From Halocafeteria seosinensis (taxonomy: Eukaryota): a DNA stretch of 57,011 bases. A model generated the notes under the pieces. That model saw only the letters and a program-made list of their open reading frames with translations, had not been told where the DNA came from and ran no database searches. Shown in pieces: positions 9,589 to 24,119 of the stretch. The stretch's first letter is position 1. Each line of letters opens with the position of its first letter. Location of the stretch: the NCBI GenBank assembly GCA_001687465.1, contig LVLI01000241.1, forward strand, positions 62,001 through 119,011, read 5' to 3'. The translations under genes were made by a program, and so were the position numbers.

Positions 9589-12500
9589 CTACGAGGTGAG
9601 ATAGTCATTTAAACTCTCTCCCGAGCGGCCTTCCAGAAGACGGATAAAACGCTGGGCCAACGTAACTTCTTCTTTGTCATCTCTTTCCATTATCTCGGCA
9701 AGTATCGGTAAGGTTTCAGGAAGGAGCATAAGGATCTCATCACTCATGTTGTCGAAAATTTCGTAAGCAGTTCGCAAAGCTGCCGTTCGCACTCGCAATT
9801 TTGAATCTCGTGCCAAAATTAGCAAATAGTGGTTGACACGTTTCCATCTCGTATCTTTACCTAAGGCTTTGCACAATTCAACAAACGTGGGGACCAAGTA
9901 TGTCTGGCAAAACGAAGAGTGCCCATTGCCACCATTCTCCGGGATCGGAACAATACCATTTATGCGTCCATTTCGAATATCGTGACTAATGGGCTTATCG
10001 GTCCGAGATCTCTTTTTCGAGACCTCTTTGACTCGTGCTTCTGCTGATTTCGAACCAACTGGTAGTTCGAACAGGGAGCACATGGGGCGCAAGACAGTTT
10101 CCAGTTTGTCGTCATCCATGAAACCATCAATATCGTGTGCGCAGCACTGATACAGGCACGAAACGATGGCACACCTTAAGGAATGCTGACATGATGGTAA
10201 CGTACTGACTTCAGCCAGGGAAAGCTGATTGTGAACAACTGCTTCGGCCTGGTGTTCCAAAGCAACGCTGTCTTCTTTAACTCGGATGGAATGGTGTCTA
10301 ACAGCCGCATTTGACTGTACCATTTCCTCCGTTATACCGTGTGAAGCTTCATCTTCATGCAAGCGAGTTGTATCTCTTTCATCCTCGTCGGATTCCTCAC
10401 TGCTATTTTCTGATGCAGAATACGTTCCATTCATGGCAGAGGATTTATGCTTTTTGTTCCTCTTCTGAGGCACTTCTGTGGGAGAAAATCCCGCTCCGCC
10501 GAGCTCGCCCAGTTCAACCATCATATCCTGGATGAAATATCCGTAGAACGGGACAAATATCGACTTTGCACACGATGTCATCACTTCAATGATACGGTAG
10601 AAAGTGAGACGCCGACATAAGGAAGCAAAGCACCATCGCGTTTCTTTTTCCTTCCGATTTTCTCCCTCCAAGTAGGTATCATGTTTTCCACGAGTATCGA
10701 AAAGCTCTTCCTGTTCGGCTACAGCTTCCAGTTCCTCATCGGGAGCGCACCTCCATTGTAACAGACGCAAAAATATCGGACGAAGTTGCGCTTCCGTTAG
10801 TTTCAACATTAGCTCCACACCACACCGAACCACCTTGTCTTCAACTCGCGTAACGCCGGACGCACCAACTTCGTTCCATCGACCTCGTAGCCATCTATAG
10901 TCAAAAGCGCGGAATAAGAAGTCAAATAGTTGTGCACTGCGCTCCGATATTTCCTTGATGTTCATATTCTCTAACTTCGTCCGAAGACCATCTATGAGCG
11001 TCGCCGTGCCTTCGGCGGATAATTTCGAAGCTGTGGGATAAGCATTAATCAGTGGGAGCACGAGCGTTCTTGAGGGACAGGTGGAGCATAGTCCCTTGAA
11101 GGCTTCCCGAGCAACGTTTCGAATGTCTGAGCAACAGTGGTTTAAAATATTCGGATGAAGCAGAACTCCGAGTAGGCGCGAAATTTGCGAAGATAGAAAC
11201 CGGGATAACCGATGACAGAGAGCATTGGCCACGGTGAGCACTGCCTGGAGCAATGCATAAAATGGACTTGACTTGTCGTTAGCATGAGATGAAGGATTGA
11301 CTTTCATTCCCCTAATGATAGTTTCCAGTATGCTCCACAACGTGGGGATAACAGTCGGCACATGAGGTATGATAAGGACTTCACTAGACGATCCCGTATG
11401 TCCAAATGTGAGAACGGCACTGGAGAAACACTGGAACAGCTTCGTATTTTCGAGGGAACACGTAGAATTTTCCAAACTCTGCAGAACTTGTTCCTTCGCC
11501 GACCCGGTGATAAATTTAGCCATACAATTTATCGCCCGTTTAAATGCTTTGGCTCTGAGTTTCCCGAAATGGGAGAGCAGGACGTCAACAGAAAGAACAG
11601 CAGTCTGCTTATTGAGAAACGTCTCTTCCTCGTCCTCCATCATTTGACACAAATCGGGGAGAAGATCCAGGTACAGAGACATTTCCTCTTCCGTGATGGG
11701 AAAACTGGATAAGTCTTCAATCGGCTGTGCCGACGCAGCGGAAGCCCCAATGAACATCTCCCCTAAGTCACCGTCGTCCAAAGACTTACCAGCTCGTTGC
11801 CTCACTATGCGGGCATTGAGAAATGACAAGCTTCGTCGGCGAATATAAGGATCATCGTACTGAAGAAGCGTATGAATAACCGCAACGAATCCAGAAACAG
11901 ATAGGCACGTAGTGAGTCGCTCAAGCACACCTAACGTGAGACGTTGCTCCTCACTTAAATCCCCATCTTGACTTTGAAGAACTCGGAGGAGTTGAAAAAT
12001 TCTCTGAGCAATAGCTAATTGTTTCACTTGAACCTCATCGAAATGGTTCGTTCCTTCAGGGACAGAGCTTAGCTTTTTCAAAAAATCGTTCTTTTCAAAG
12101 ATGCTATTAATGAACCCGAGAAGTGACACCGTCATCGAATTTTGGCCTCGAAGCTCGTGAATATGGTGCATCCAGGTACTAAGGAAACTCGCATCCTCGG
12201 ATTCGTCTTCGTCCCAGCTTTGCAAGAATGTCGATGAGCCATCCTCTGAGTTCAGACAAATACTAGTTGACAGCAGTAGCGACGATAATTCTAGGTGGGC
12301 AACAGCAGACATATTCTGGTTATAAACTGAATGCAAAATTCCAACAATGGTGTCGGCAGCATCCGTGTCAGCGAGAGCCACTCTACGAGCATAGAGCATT
12401 GCAACAGCAGCGCAAACCGTTTCTGCCTTAGAACGGTCCAGAGCTGAACGCTGTTGCTGCTTTCCTCTTGAAGGTCGTTCTTCGCATGCACCTGTGTGTC

Positions 12501-15500
12501 CGGTGATAGAATCTGATTTTGCTTTCGATATTTGATTGATGAGACTTAAGATGAGAGTATCTCGTCGGTGAGCTGGAATTTCCATTATGGTGTCAATAAA
12601 AAGCCTCATGAAATCCTCCACGGACAGGTCTGCTTCTGAGCCAAACATTGCAACCGCTGGGATTACGTATTCCAGGCTTCGTTGGAGCATAGAGAAAGTC
12701 GAAGTATCATCACGACCCGCACCGAAACTGCGCAGGACATTCATGATATGCTTCAACACTTCTGATGGCACAACCGATGCCAACGATGCAAGTAGCATCA
12801 AACCTGTATTGCGCATTGTGGGTCCATAGTCGTTCTCCACGCACTTCACTGCCGTATCGACATCAAATACCGTAGAATAATAAGCCGCGTCAGTCTTATC
12901 AGGATTGAGTTTCAAATTTGCGATTATGACATCGGTCAACAGCTGTATATCAGATACGAGGAGATGGCAACAATACTCCATGTCTCCAATATGCTCAGTA
13001 TCTTCCTGCGACTTCTTCAGTTTGTCGACAACATCAAGCTGAGCTCTCAACGATCCAAAGAGCTTAGATACAACCTTCTCAGGCTGCCCAACTTCATTAG
13101 ACGAATTTAGACTCTTATTCATGAGTCGTTCCGCCACTGTTCCGAAGTTGTCCATAGCGCCATCGCTGTTCGCTGAAGAGATCTCAGGCGACTTACGAGG
13201 ACTCTCCATAGAACTAGCTACCAGCTCTGAAAAGATGGACACTTGAGTCAAAAATCTCGTTGGGTCCCGCATTGCCCGAGGAGAATCGAGTTGCCACCAC
13301 TCAGCCAGAAGTACGAAGGTGTCACCACAGCCGGGTAGCGAGTCAAGCCTCTTTAAACATGCATCCAATGCAGGCGTAGCTTTGAACTCCATATAGATGT
13401 CCAACAGTCGAAGTACAAAATAATCCGCTACTGTTGTATGCTTTCTCTTGAGGAACTGGAATATCTTAGACTCGGAACGGTGACTCTTAGAGGGGGATCC
13501 CTTATGACCGTTCTGATGCACATTGGCGTTACTATTATCGCCGTCTTCAGATTCAGCGAGCTTGTTTAGAGGAGTTCTGGCAGCTAATAGCCATACCCAC
13601 TTGTCGAATCCATCCAGGGCCACTTCCAGTATCTTGCTAGCTGGTGCATCTTGGTTATCAAATTGCCTAAGGCATCGGCAAAGCAACCCTAGAATAGAAG
13701 TTATCCCCGACTGAAGGTCACGATTTGCAGAAGCAGCGAGTTCGGTTGAGTACGATCTCGCAACAACCTTCAACTGGGTAAAGCAAGTTCCCAGCAATTG
13801 ATTGTGGCTCTCTTTCCATAGAGAAGGCTGCGTATGCAAATGCCCCAGAAGCTTCTCTACTATCTTCGTGACTTGAGAAAACGAGTCAAAGTCTGAATAG
13901 TGGCTGTAAACCTTAACCATATTCGCCGCTAGGAATGGGCTCTTTATGAGGTAGTTCTCACATAGTTCCAACATCGAGCTAGCCTCTGTTGACTCTATAA
14001 GACCATCCTTTTCGTAAATTGCTTGGGCATCAAACGAGATCTCTTCATCTATTTGCAAAACAGATCGCAGGAGGCCTACAGCTGATTTTGGCAACGATTT
14101 CAACGTCGAAAGGGTCTGCACAAACTGCAGTGCACTCTTACGCACTTTGCTACTATGGGATCCGAGTTGATACACGGAGCACATAACAGCTTGAGGAATC
14201 AGTTCCTCCGGCAGCCCCGTTCCATTTTCATAAAGACAGGTATTCATTATAGCGGCACAGCGGGTAAGCGAAGTTGAAGAGACGATCGGATACCGGCAAG
14301 AATACAAATCTGTAAGTACCAGCCAGAAAGTCCTGCTGCGAAGCTGCCTTAGTACTGCGCACACGCCATTTATTCCAACGGACTCAAAAACTTCATAAGG
14401 TAGACGGAGCATAGCGAGACAAGCGGACAGAACAGCTTCATAAGGAGTCAAATCTAGGAAACTTCCGAAAGTCCTCGCGCGCTCTATTATGTCTTCAAAC
14501 GAGTGTCCTTCTTGCTCCTCAAGGTGGGAGGACAGTAGGCTAACTGCCCGGCCTAAGGAATAAACACATGCCTGAATGGTTCTACGCGCACTGGCACTTC
14601 GGAACTCATTGCACACACCCTCGAGGTCCGCAGAGTAATCCCAAGGCCATTGTTCGGGTGATACGGTGGTGACTATGTGGGTCTCTACGTTTTCGGACAG
14701 AGATGAAATGTAACCAGAGTTCAAAAACACACTCATCTTAGCTAACACATAGCGGATAGAGTTATGTTTGTCCGAAGATAGATTCGGCACACTAAGGCCC
14801 ACGGCTCGGTCGATAATTAGGCGGATCGCTGATGCGAGTCCCGTACTCTCGTTTTTCGCCAGAGACAGCAAGATCTGTATGCAGCGGTTCCGGTCTATTT
14901 CATCCGACGCTTCAAGGTCCCATACTAAATTTCTAGCTAAAAAGTCAAAAAGTCCACGCATTTCTTTAGTCTCGATTCCCTGTATGAGCATTATCAGCAT
15001 AAATATTACGTATGCATGCTTAACACGCTTAAATGTTGATGCAAACGGATTCTCAGGTTCTGGTTAAATAGAGTTGTCTTCATAACGTTCAGACGAACGA
15101 GACCTATGTAGTGTTTCTTCATTGAATCCGTTTTACGGGAAAATCGAACAAAAGGGAAACTTACCTTTAAGTTCTTCTCGCAATCTTCCCCAAAAAGTGG
15201 ATGTTTCACTTCGCTCCAACAGCTTAACAGATGCTGGGATGAGATAAGATTGGGGGCACAGCAAACGAATGAAATAGCCAGCCCAACTAGGAAATCCCCC
15301 ATCTTATTCCTTAGCGATGCAATCTTTAAAAGACGACAGGTAGCTTGCAAAAGCATCCGCACACCCTTCTTAATTTCCTCGTGGCCGACGGAAACCAACT
15401 GAGGGGAATGTGGGTCTTGCAGTTTGCGCGTCGCCTCGAATAAGTTATGCGCCAAGTGTCTTTGTCGTTTCCTGACGATGTTCGGTTCATTTAACCCAAA

Positions 15501-17428
15501 ACATTGACTAACAGTTTTGCCTTGGTTCCTCACGTGCCTAACAAATTTGGACTCTTCTGTAAAACAGTCAGGCAGACAAGCTATCACTCGTGAACACTGC
15601 ACAACTACCGCCACACTATCATCTAGAAGCTGATTGACAGCCAGTTCCGCCGATCGATACAACGAGCAGACAAGATTGTCTAGCGTCACAAAAGTATCCT
15701 CGGTATTTACGTTCTTTGACTGACTATTTTCAAACTCATTGAAGCGAACAAGAAGCTGCTCAACCTGACGATAGAGTTTCTCTGCTGCAACGATCCTTAC
15801 GCTTTGAGCCCCGTGGGAAAAAGAAATGAAAGGAGGCATACAATCGGCAGAGTGGGGCTGACTATCATTTCCGTGTTTTGTGTGTCGCTCTTCCCCGACG
15901 AATATATCATCGATACAGGCGTTCAACTCCTGGGTACTTGTAAAGCATTCGAAACATATTTGGATAGCCCTATCAACGCTCTCTGGATACAGGTTGCTCA
16001 CATGCCGTAAAAGTTGCGCTGTCAGTTTGCGACTTGATTCAGAAGAATCAGTGTATAATTCACATGCTTCCTTCACAAATTCAATCACCATGGGTTCCGT
16101 CAGTTCAACACGACTAATGAGTCGGAGAACAGTTTCGCGGCAGGTTTCATCCTTCTCAGTCATCGTAGGCAACGCACTTACGAGCAGCGAAAGCAAAAAG
16201 CACGTGACACTACCTGATTCTGCAACCGTCTCCAAGTCCTTAACAACATTGTGAGAAGCAAGTAGCCTCCTAATCATTGGTAAGTCATCTAATACTGGAT
16301 AAGAGATCGCTGTATTCACAGATGCTGCCGAGACTGAGCCTCGCGATGCAGCGGACCCGTTGGGATCTGCTGCAGAAAACGCACCCAGATACGATTGGTT
16401 CTCAAATAATGCTACTAACGTCCTCATCCCATGTATCGGTCGTACGTCGAGTACATTATCCACAATGCATTTCACTAATGCGTCAAACCCATGCCTTCTT
16501 AGGACTGCTTTGGAAGATATTTGACAGACGATGACCATGGAAGACAACTGAAATTCTTCATTAGACCGATTGGCTAATCCTTTTACTACTGTGGGTAGCA
16601 GATCTGCGAGAACAGATTGGGCATCGTCCGCCAACGACAGGGCGTGAGTGACTACAGCAGAAAATAGGGATATCGCAGGTGAAGTATCGAATTCGGGTTC
16701 TGCCGCTCGAAGCACCAAGTTTGCGAAGAATTGACGAAGTGCAGAGTCTTTCAAAAACTGTTGGACTAATATTTGTCTTTCCAAAGGAACACGTTCGCGT
16801 TTCACGCCTTGCAAAAATTCCCATTCGGTCCTTCTGTATTGTTAACACGATGAACAGAATTACAAATCGAGAGAACGACGTCGAGTAAATGGGGCTGTAG
16901 ACTTACTGTATCTGCGCAATTTGAATGAAGCGCGCAAATAAATGAGTATCATGGTATGGAAGAATACATTCCATAAGTCCTCGCACGTTGTAGACGTGAA
17001 TTCTGCAGTCGGTAGAGTTCCATCGGCATCTCTTAAGGTTCCAAAACAAATTCGAGTATAAACAAAACTTACTTGAATAGTCTAATGAGATATTCAAAAA
17101 CCTTCTGTGTAGCTTTCATTAGCACATACGGAGACAGTAGCTGTAAGAACTGGTCTAGCGCCTTGTCGATTTTCTTTTCATTATCACTCTTGCTCTCCTT
17201 CTCCCGATCGAATCGCTTCAGATTCGCATTGAACAAGGTTTCCCCATAAGGTCTGAGCCTCTTATCCAATCGACATAACTCTTGGAAGCCACTGCGCCCC
17301 ATGTCCATAATGGTGTCAGTGCCGATTTCTTCAGCTTTTTTGTCATCAAACAGCAAAGAAGCACGTCCACGACGAGACTTCTGCTCCGATTGGAGCGTCT
17401 CCAATTGACGCTGTAGTTGTGTCGACAT
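9589..17428 (-). CDS. UTP10: U3 snoRNA-associated protein 10 / HEAT-repeat protein 1 (multi-exon)
   Basis: N-terminus MSTQLQRQL...RASLLFD...FEYLIRLF, ILPYHDTHLFARFIQ; C-terminal BP28CT-like KLTEAQLRPIFLRL, KSIFVPFYGYF, LLPETLPILAEIME, GESLNDYL. Confidence 0.95.
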
Positions 17429-17821
17429 CGTAATCGGAGCAATATGCACCTAAATTAGCCTATAAAACACAAGTAAATAGGGGAATATAATGTGATGGTG
17501 TGGGGGTGATCCTTGAATTACGATATTTACAGTACAACCAAGACGTAAAGTGCGCTACTTTCCACCTGGGAATGAGTAGTCAGATTTAATAAAATCTTAC
17601 ATAGCAAGTGGAAACTCAAATCATGCTCTAGTAAGCCCTGTTTAACAAGGAGGACCGCCGTCTCCGAGCGGAAAAGCACACCACCGACAGCAACTTCAAG
17701 CAAAACAAGACTAGTCAGCTGAGTCAAGTCAAAGCACCTCTATCGTGATTACAACTAGAGACACAGAAAATCGCAAAAAAATGCGGCGGTGATGTCGGAA
17801 TAAGTAGTAGTTCAAGAGTCA

Positions 17822-18702
17822 TCAAACACAGCGCTCTTCGAGCATGGTATCGAATTCTTGCTTTATGATTGCCTTCGTCTGCTCTTTGGGTCCGGATGTG
17901 TCAATAGTGACATCTGCTTTCTTCATTTTCTCTTCTTGACTCATCTGAGAGTCGATGCGCTTCTCGGCATCCTCGCGCGAGAGTTGATTTCGTTCCATCA
18001 CCCTGCCAATTTGACTACTTCTGCTGCACATGGTCAACCAGACTTCATCAAAAACGTTGTCCCATCCAGCTTCTATGAGAACTGCCGCTTCCACTAGACC
18101 GATAACTTTTGCCTGTCCCGGTGTTAATTCCCGTATCTTGCCTACAAGTTCTTCCACTATTTTCCGCTCCATTTGAGGCCAAACAATGCTGTTTAACTCC
18201 TCCAGTTGCTTTGGATCGCCAAAAACCTGCGTAACAAATATAACTTATGAAATTTACGGAGATAAACTTATAGTTCGTATCAAGCACAGCACGTACGATG
18301 CTTCCTAGCTTTTTTCTATCAATGTTGCCTGCGAGGGTGGAACGGCGATACTGACATACCATTCCAAGGGTCGCTTGCTAGCCTTACCACTCTCGTCCAG
18401 CACGTTAGCTGCTCCAAAGTGCTCACATACTCTATCATAACCTTCCGTTCCAGGCTCATACACACTATGCGCCAACTTATCCGCGTCCACGCATAAACAC
18501 CCTAGAGACTCAATATGTTCACGCGCATGACTCTTTCCAGTTCCAATGGAGCCTGAGGGACCACAATGCACTCAATTTGAGAATATTGCTTCATTTTCGT
18601 CTAGGAAGCCGATGTGCCGTCCTCGACCTTACCTGTGAGACCGATGACACGACGGAAACCTGCATTATGCAGCTGCTGCAATGCTCCAGAGTGTGCAGCC
18701 AT
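17822..18702 (-). CDS. DCAKD: Dephospho-CoA kinase (CoaE/DCAKD family, multi-exon)
   Basis: VIGLTG|SIGTGKS P-loop split by an intron, DADKLAHSVY, IDRKKLGSIV, EAAVLIEAGW, RIDSQM. Confidence 0.92.
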
Positions 18703-19020
18703 TGAGCTAAACCATTGCCTCGATTGCCGTATATTGCGCATCATTTCCATCTAGCCGAAGGTCCATCCTACACATTGAATGGGCTCTGTATCATCACCTC
18801 ACCTTTATTTACATCGCATTACCTTATGTTGAGGAAGCATTGCTTCCGAAGCAATTCCACCTTGGTAATTCAAATGTGATGCGCACAATTCAAACAGCCG
18901 CCTTCATATGCTCCTCCCACAGTGAATAGAATTGATACAGCCTAGGCAGAATTGCAACAGAGAGAATAATTTTATAATCCACGTTTTATGCTGTCGCAGG
19001 AGAGTAATAATAAATGAACG

Positions 19021-21782
19021 ATGGCTGCAGCAGGAGGAGATGAGCCACAAACGACAACGGCAGATGCCGATACAGACGAGCACTACTACGAGGACTATGA
19101 GAACGGCACAGTCAAAGGAGAAGACAATATTGTCCAGACAAAAGATGTGGAAGACCTCCGAGGTAAACTGGACTCGTTCTTGCGCTCGAAAGACCTGTAT
19201 TCCCGAGTGAGAGAGATCCTCAAAGAGCGCAACATTGTACGTAGGGAGGTGTATAGACGTCTCCAGAGCCATTGTGGATCTCAGCACTCAATGTTAGCTG
19301 CAGAAGGGAGAATCTACGTCTCTGGCTCATATTCGCAATGCTCTTCGTGAAACTGGCGTGATCTCGCATGTCGTCAACGAGCTGCAGTCTACCAGCCGAC
19401 AGCATAGAGAGGAAGAGATTCCAACGACGGTTCAGCCAGCAAAGACTTCAAGGCAGTACCCTATCAAATCCGAGGGAAAGAGGTATGTGCTTAGTGTGGA
19501 TACAGAATTACATGCTCACGGTGACGTGATCCTTTTGTCTCAGTGTTCCTTTCGACGAGTCCGGTGCCAATGGTAACGCGCCAGATAGCGAGGAAGTTGA
19601 GTGTCCCGCCGAAGGAGAGGACGACAACCTATTTGAAGACACTGTGGCAGAAAGCCAATGTACCGATTCTCTCAGTGCGGGTAGACTAAAACATATGCAA
19701 CCCCAGTTGAAATTGCACTTTGTCCGTGGGGCGGCGTTCACCGAGAACTTTGATGAAACGGCCCTTTCCGGAACTCGATCATACTACGTGGTCCATGTCT
19801 TATTCAAAGATCAAAGATTTCGTTCTCCCATGGTTCCTGTAGAAAGTGAACCCAATTTCAACTGCGTCTTCACTCTCAGACTCCCGTCATTCGATTCCAA
19901 TACGAAGGTATCTGGCAATGCTTTATTGGATTCGCTCCTGGACACTTCGGATCTGATTCACTGCTCGCTAGTACAAATATCAACATTTCCCTCGCAAGAC
20001 GGCTTCCCATATCCTGATTTTGAAAGCAAATTGGTATCTTCGTGGAGTATCGAGTGGAGAGACGTGCTAGTCACGGGTAAACGCGCTCTTCGTGTTGAGC
20101 TTCCACAGATCGGCAATGCTTCAGCTCTTACAGAATTTCCTGTTGGACTATTAGATGTCCGATTAAACTTTATAATGAAAAATGAAGTTTCTGGCTCTAC
20201 AGCTCCCCTTTCTTCGCTTAGGAACGGGGAAAGCTCTTACCAGATCACGCCTGAACGAATTGATAAGAAGCTGCGTGGAGAAAAAAAGCAACGCAATAAG
20301 GTTGGGCAGCAGTTGGCATCTTATACGCGACGGTGGTATGGTGAGCTGAAACATTTTGTCCCAAGCAGTCGTCGCTACTTGTACAGGATAACGCGCAGGA
20401 CTATGCTGGGAGAGAATCGCCCAGTGACCTGCTTCGTAAAGCCGCTGCGTCCCGGACATTTGATAAAATCATCGAAGCACGCCGCACGGTTCGTTTCGTT
20501 GTTCCCTTCTGAAGTATGTCCAAGATACTACCCCGACTAGAAATAAGGTAGTTCCCTATGTTTTCCCGTTTCGATAATGCAGATACATAGCAATGACGAC
20601 GATTACGAATTCTGTCGAAGCCACTTTGAAGCCATGGCGATAAAGAGGTTGAATCCCTTTGAACGAGCTTGCCTTCTTTGTTCACTTCTTCTTGGTTATA
20701 GTTTCTGGGCGTTCGTTGCTATTGGAACGCGGAAGTCATCTGAAGATTCCAACACAGAAGATCACTCATGGGTAGTGACACTATCGAGGGATGACAATGG
20801 GTCCGTGGATTCCTACTACTTATGGGAGCCTACAACTGGGGAGAATTGCCAACAAGGGCAGTACACGTCGACTGATGGATTTGCATTTGAGAACGTCTAC
20901 CTCTTGTTTAATGACAAAGAATTGTATGCCAACATAAACGAAGATCCTAAAGTTACCCGATGCAACTGGGATGTCGAGAACAATCGGTATTGGAAAAGTG
21001 TAAGCCTCGTTTGTGACTCGATCCTGGACGGTGTTGTTAATCCCCGACAACCTGCATCGCAGATGGATCCCCGTTATTTGATGGATTTTGATCCTCTACC
21101 GTGCGCCCCCCTAGTACCGCCCTCAATCAAGGAATATATCCTTTCTGAGAGGGTGGAACAAGAGATTAAACATCGCATTAGGATGCGCCGAAACAAGATA
21201 TCTGTAAGCATAATGTTTCGAAACACACATAAGACCAAACTCGAATGCTAGCACCGTACGTTTGCCCGGTTGCAGCTACCAACTGTTTTCAACGCGGAGT
21301 TGGCGTATATTCTGTCCATGTCTTTATCGACCTATGAGAATGAGCGTCTCACCCGACAGCTGGTCGGGGCAGAAGATTTCCAAGAGGCTATACACAAGTA
21401 AGTTGAAGGGCGAACCCGTAGCTACCTTACCGCCATATCCGAGTCGATATTATCGACCTTTATGATCGCAGCTTTACTCCGCGGGGTTATACGTTCAAAG
21501 CATTCCCCATAATGTTCAATCACAGTTCTCCCGGGAGGATATTTGCTACTCTGAAGCAGTCCAACATGGCTAAATCAATTATAGAGGTGAGTGAGAAGCT
21601 CCGGTAGTTCTAGAAAGTTGCTTGTCATACCATGCTAGCCCCATATCGTCTCGCAGTGCTCCGAAGCTGAAGCCGTTTTGGGTGTGCGATGCCAAGCGTA
21701 CATATACCCTGAGGATGTCCTGGCACTATGGTTGATTGTAGCCACGGTGCAAAAGGAGGCAACTCACGACAGTGAAAAGTAG
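19021..21782 (+). CDS. CEP76: Centrosomal protein 76-like (C2 domain + transglutaminase-like domain, multi-exon)
   Basis: FKDQRFRSPMVP, IEWRDVL, AARFVSLFP, ACLLCSLLLG..AFVAIGT, HSWVVT, WEPTTG, FKAFP, YPEDV; stop TAG at 21780-21782. Confidence 0.88.
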
Positions 21783-21887
21783 CACAGTGTACTCCAGTTA
21801 TTCACTCACACACAATCCTGAGTGAGTGAATGGACAGTAGTAACTGCTTGCGGCAAGCTGGTAACCCTTTTGTTGCTCTTCCGTGGA

Positions 21888-22619
21888 TTACAGCTGTGCG
21901 ATGCCTTGCGTCTTGGCGTAGTTTGTGACATGCTGGTCAAACAGTTCACAATGAATTACATTGTTAATGTCTTGGAACGGGTTCTTGAGTACGAAATCTG
22001 AGTAATACTCATATACCTGCGTACAACACACATGTACAAATACCAATCTCCCTAATTCTCTTTCAAGCCAATACACACTTTATTTAAGAATTCATTGACA
22101 AGTTTCGTGTTGCTTCCCTCTTTAGCCGTGGCAAACATTTTAACTCCTGTTGTTGTAGCGCAGGCGAAATCTCCCGAAAATCAAATGAACACCGCCACAC
22201 TGAATATTGTATCGCTAGTCCACATACCTGTGGGTGTTTCCAGGCATCGTAGTGAGAACGTGTGCGCTTCCAATTCACTAATTCCTTTCGATCCCTTCCT
22301 CGGCGACAACTGTGGGTGATAATCATTTGTGATCATCGTTTAATATTTCGCCGTAATTCCTTGTGTAGCCTGCTTCATCAAGAAGCGGAACGTACTTGAC
22401 CCGCAATGGCATGTAAACTGTGAAATGTCGAGGCCACAATCAGCAGTTCATTGCTCGATCGTGGCTGTGCGTCGGGGGAGAAATGCTGCAGGAAACGGCA
22501 TGAGGGACGGAATACAAGACCATGGTGCTTGTACAGGGCAATCAATGAATACGTACCCGGCAGTATATCATGCCTCCATTTTTGGAGACTATAAACAGTG
22601 TATACAGTAATGTCGACAT
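21888..22619 (-). CDS. TRAPPC4: TRAPP complex subunit 4 (Trs23/synbindin, multi-exon)
   Basis: Exon 1 MSTLLYTLFIVSKNGGMIYCR from ATG 22619; SNELLIVASTFHSLHAI; YEYYSDFVLKNPF...CELFD. Confidence 0.9.
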
Positions 22620-22718
22620 ATTCTACAGTATTGCCACAGTACAGTGCAATAAATACACACAAATGTACATATTTGTGTGGAACCATTCTTTTATCAAACA
22701 CCGATCAGTGATCAAACA

Positions 22719-24119
22719 ATGAGTGGAGACGACCGACGCACGGAAGAGGTGGAGCTCACCTTCCAGGAGAAGGAGAGCAAGCAAGCCGAGCAACAGCAAC
22801 AGAACGAACATGGAGAGAAAGACACGACCAAGGAATACAACAAGAAAATGGACAAAGCGAAAAGTGCATGTAAGTCATGACATGACAAGAGGTAGAAGGG
22901 CTTTGGCATCAGCTGAGTCCCATGCCTGCTGAGCCTGTGGTATACCACAACAAGGCCTAGTAAAGGATAGCGGCGCCACCCTTGGGCCCTCATATCCACA
23001 ATAGTAATAGTATTTACTGTATGCGCATGGTGGCTGGCACATGTGCGTGTATGTCTAAGCACAAGGGACTGTTCTTTGTGTGACTGCAGTCGAACAAGGA
23101 GATATTGAAGCGTCCATTGCGGCTCATGATGAGAAAGCAAGACTAGCACCTGAAGATCATGGAGGGTACGTGAAACAGCTGAATATCGTGATTACCTCGC
23201 TAGTACAGATATTACGCTGATGGTGGTGTTGAGTATACGATGCAGAGTTGGATCTGACGTCATCAAGAGTATCGTGTTTGGAGGACTGGATGGTATTATT
23301 ACAACGTTCGCGACTGTAGCTGCTGTTGCGGGGTCCGGTCTTGATGTAGAAGTTTTAATACTTTTGGGATTGGCTAATTTAATAGGTGATGCAATATCTA
23401 TGGGAGTGGGTGATTTCTTAAGTAGCAAAGCAGAAACAGAACACGTGTGGATCGAACGAGATCGCGAGAAATGGGAGTACGAGAATTACCCAGAAGGAGA
23501 AAAGCAAGAGATGATTGATATTTATATTAATAAGGGAATTGATCCTTCGGATGCCAAACTTATCATAGACACTTACACTAAGAAGCCAGAGTACGCTGAT
23601 CTCTTTATCGACCACATGATGGTAGAGGAGTTGGGTCTTATGGTGCCCGAAGCTGGTGCTATCAGAGACCATGCAAAAGAGGGTAAGCACGTTTCCGTCT
23701 CATGGGCGACTTATACTCTATTTTACTGAACCCTGTAGCTGTGTTTTGGAAGCAGGCCTGGTTACGTTCTGTAGCTTTCTCATTTTCGGAAGCGTACCAC
23801 TTTGGTTCTATGTCCTCCTCTTTCTTACCGGGGCGCACGACGACGAAACTGACCTGTTTGCCCTTGCATGTGTGGTGACATTCATTACTTTGTTTGGCCT
23901 TGGTGTCGTTAAGGTGAGTTCTGTGTTAAGTCAAGTTCGGTTTCGTATATATCGATTCTAAGTTTGTTCGCTTGCCAGGGCAAAATAACTCGGGGTCATC
24001 GTATGAAGTCGGGATTTTTACTGTCACTAAATGGTGCTCTCGCGGCTGGATCCGCCTTCTTCGTTGGGCTTGGCTTGGAGAAAGCATTCGAGGTAGACAA
24101 CCTTTCTGGCGGATGTTAA
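22719..24119 (+). CDS. VIT1/CCC1 family vacuolar iron/manganese transporter, copy 1 (multi-exon)
   Basis: SIVFGGLDGIITTFA, ANLIGDAISMGVGDFLS, EREKWE-type motif ERDREKWEYENYPEGEKQEM, HMMVEELG, SFLIFGSVPL. Confidence 0.93.

Noticed and set aside
14985..15165. Break between the two long UTP10 ORFs suggesting frameshift or stop readthrough
   Set aside because: Explained by a canonical phase-0 GTAAGT...CAG intron
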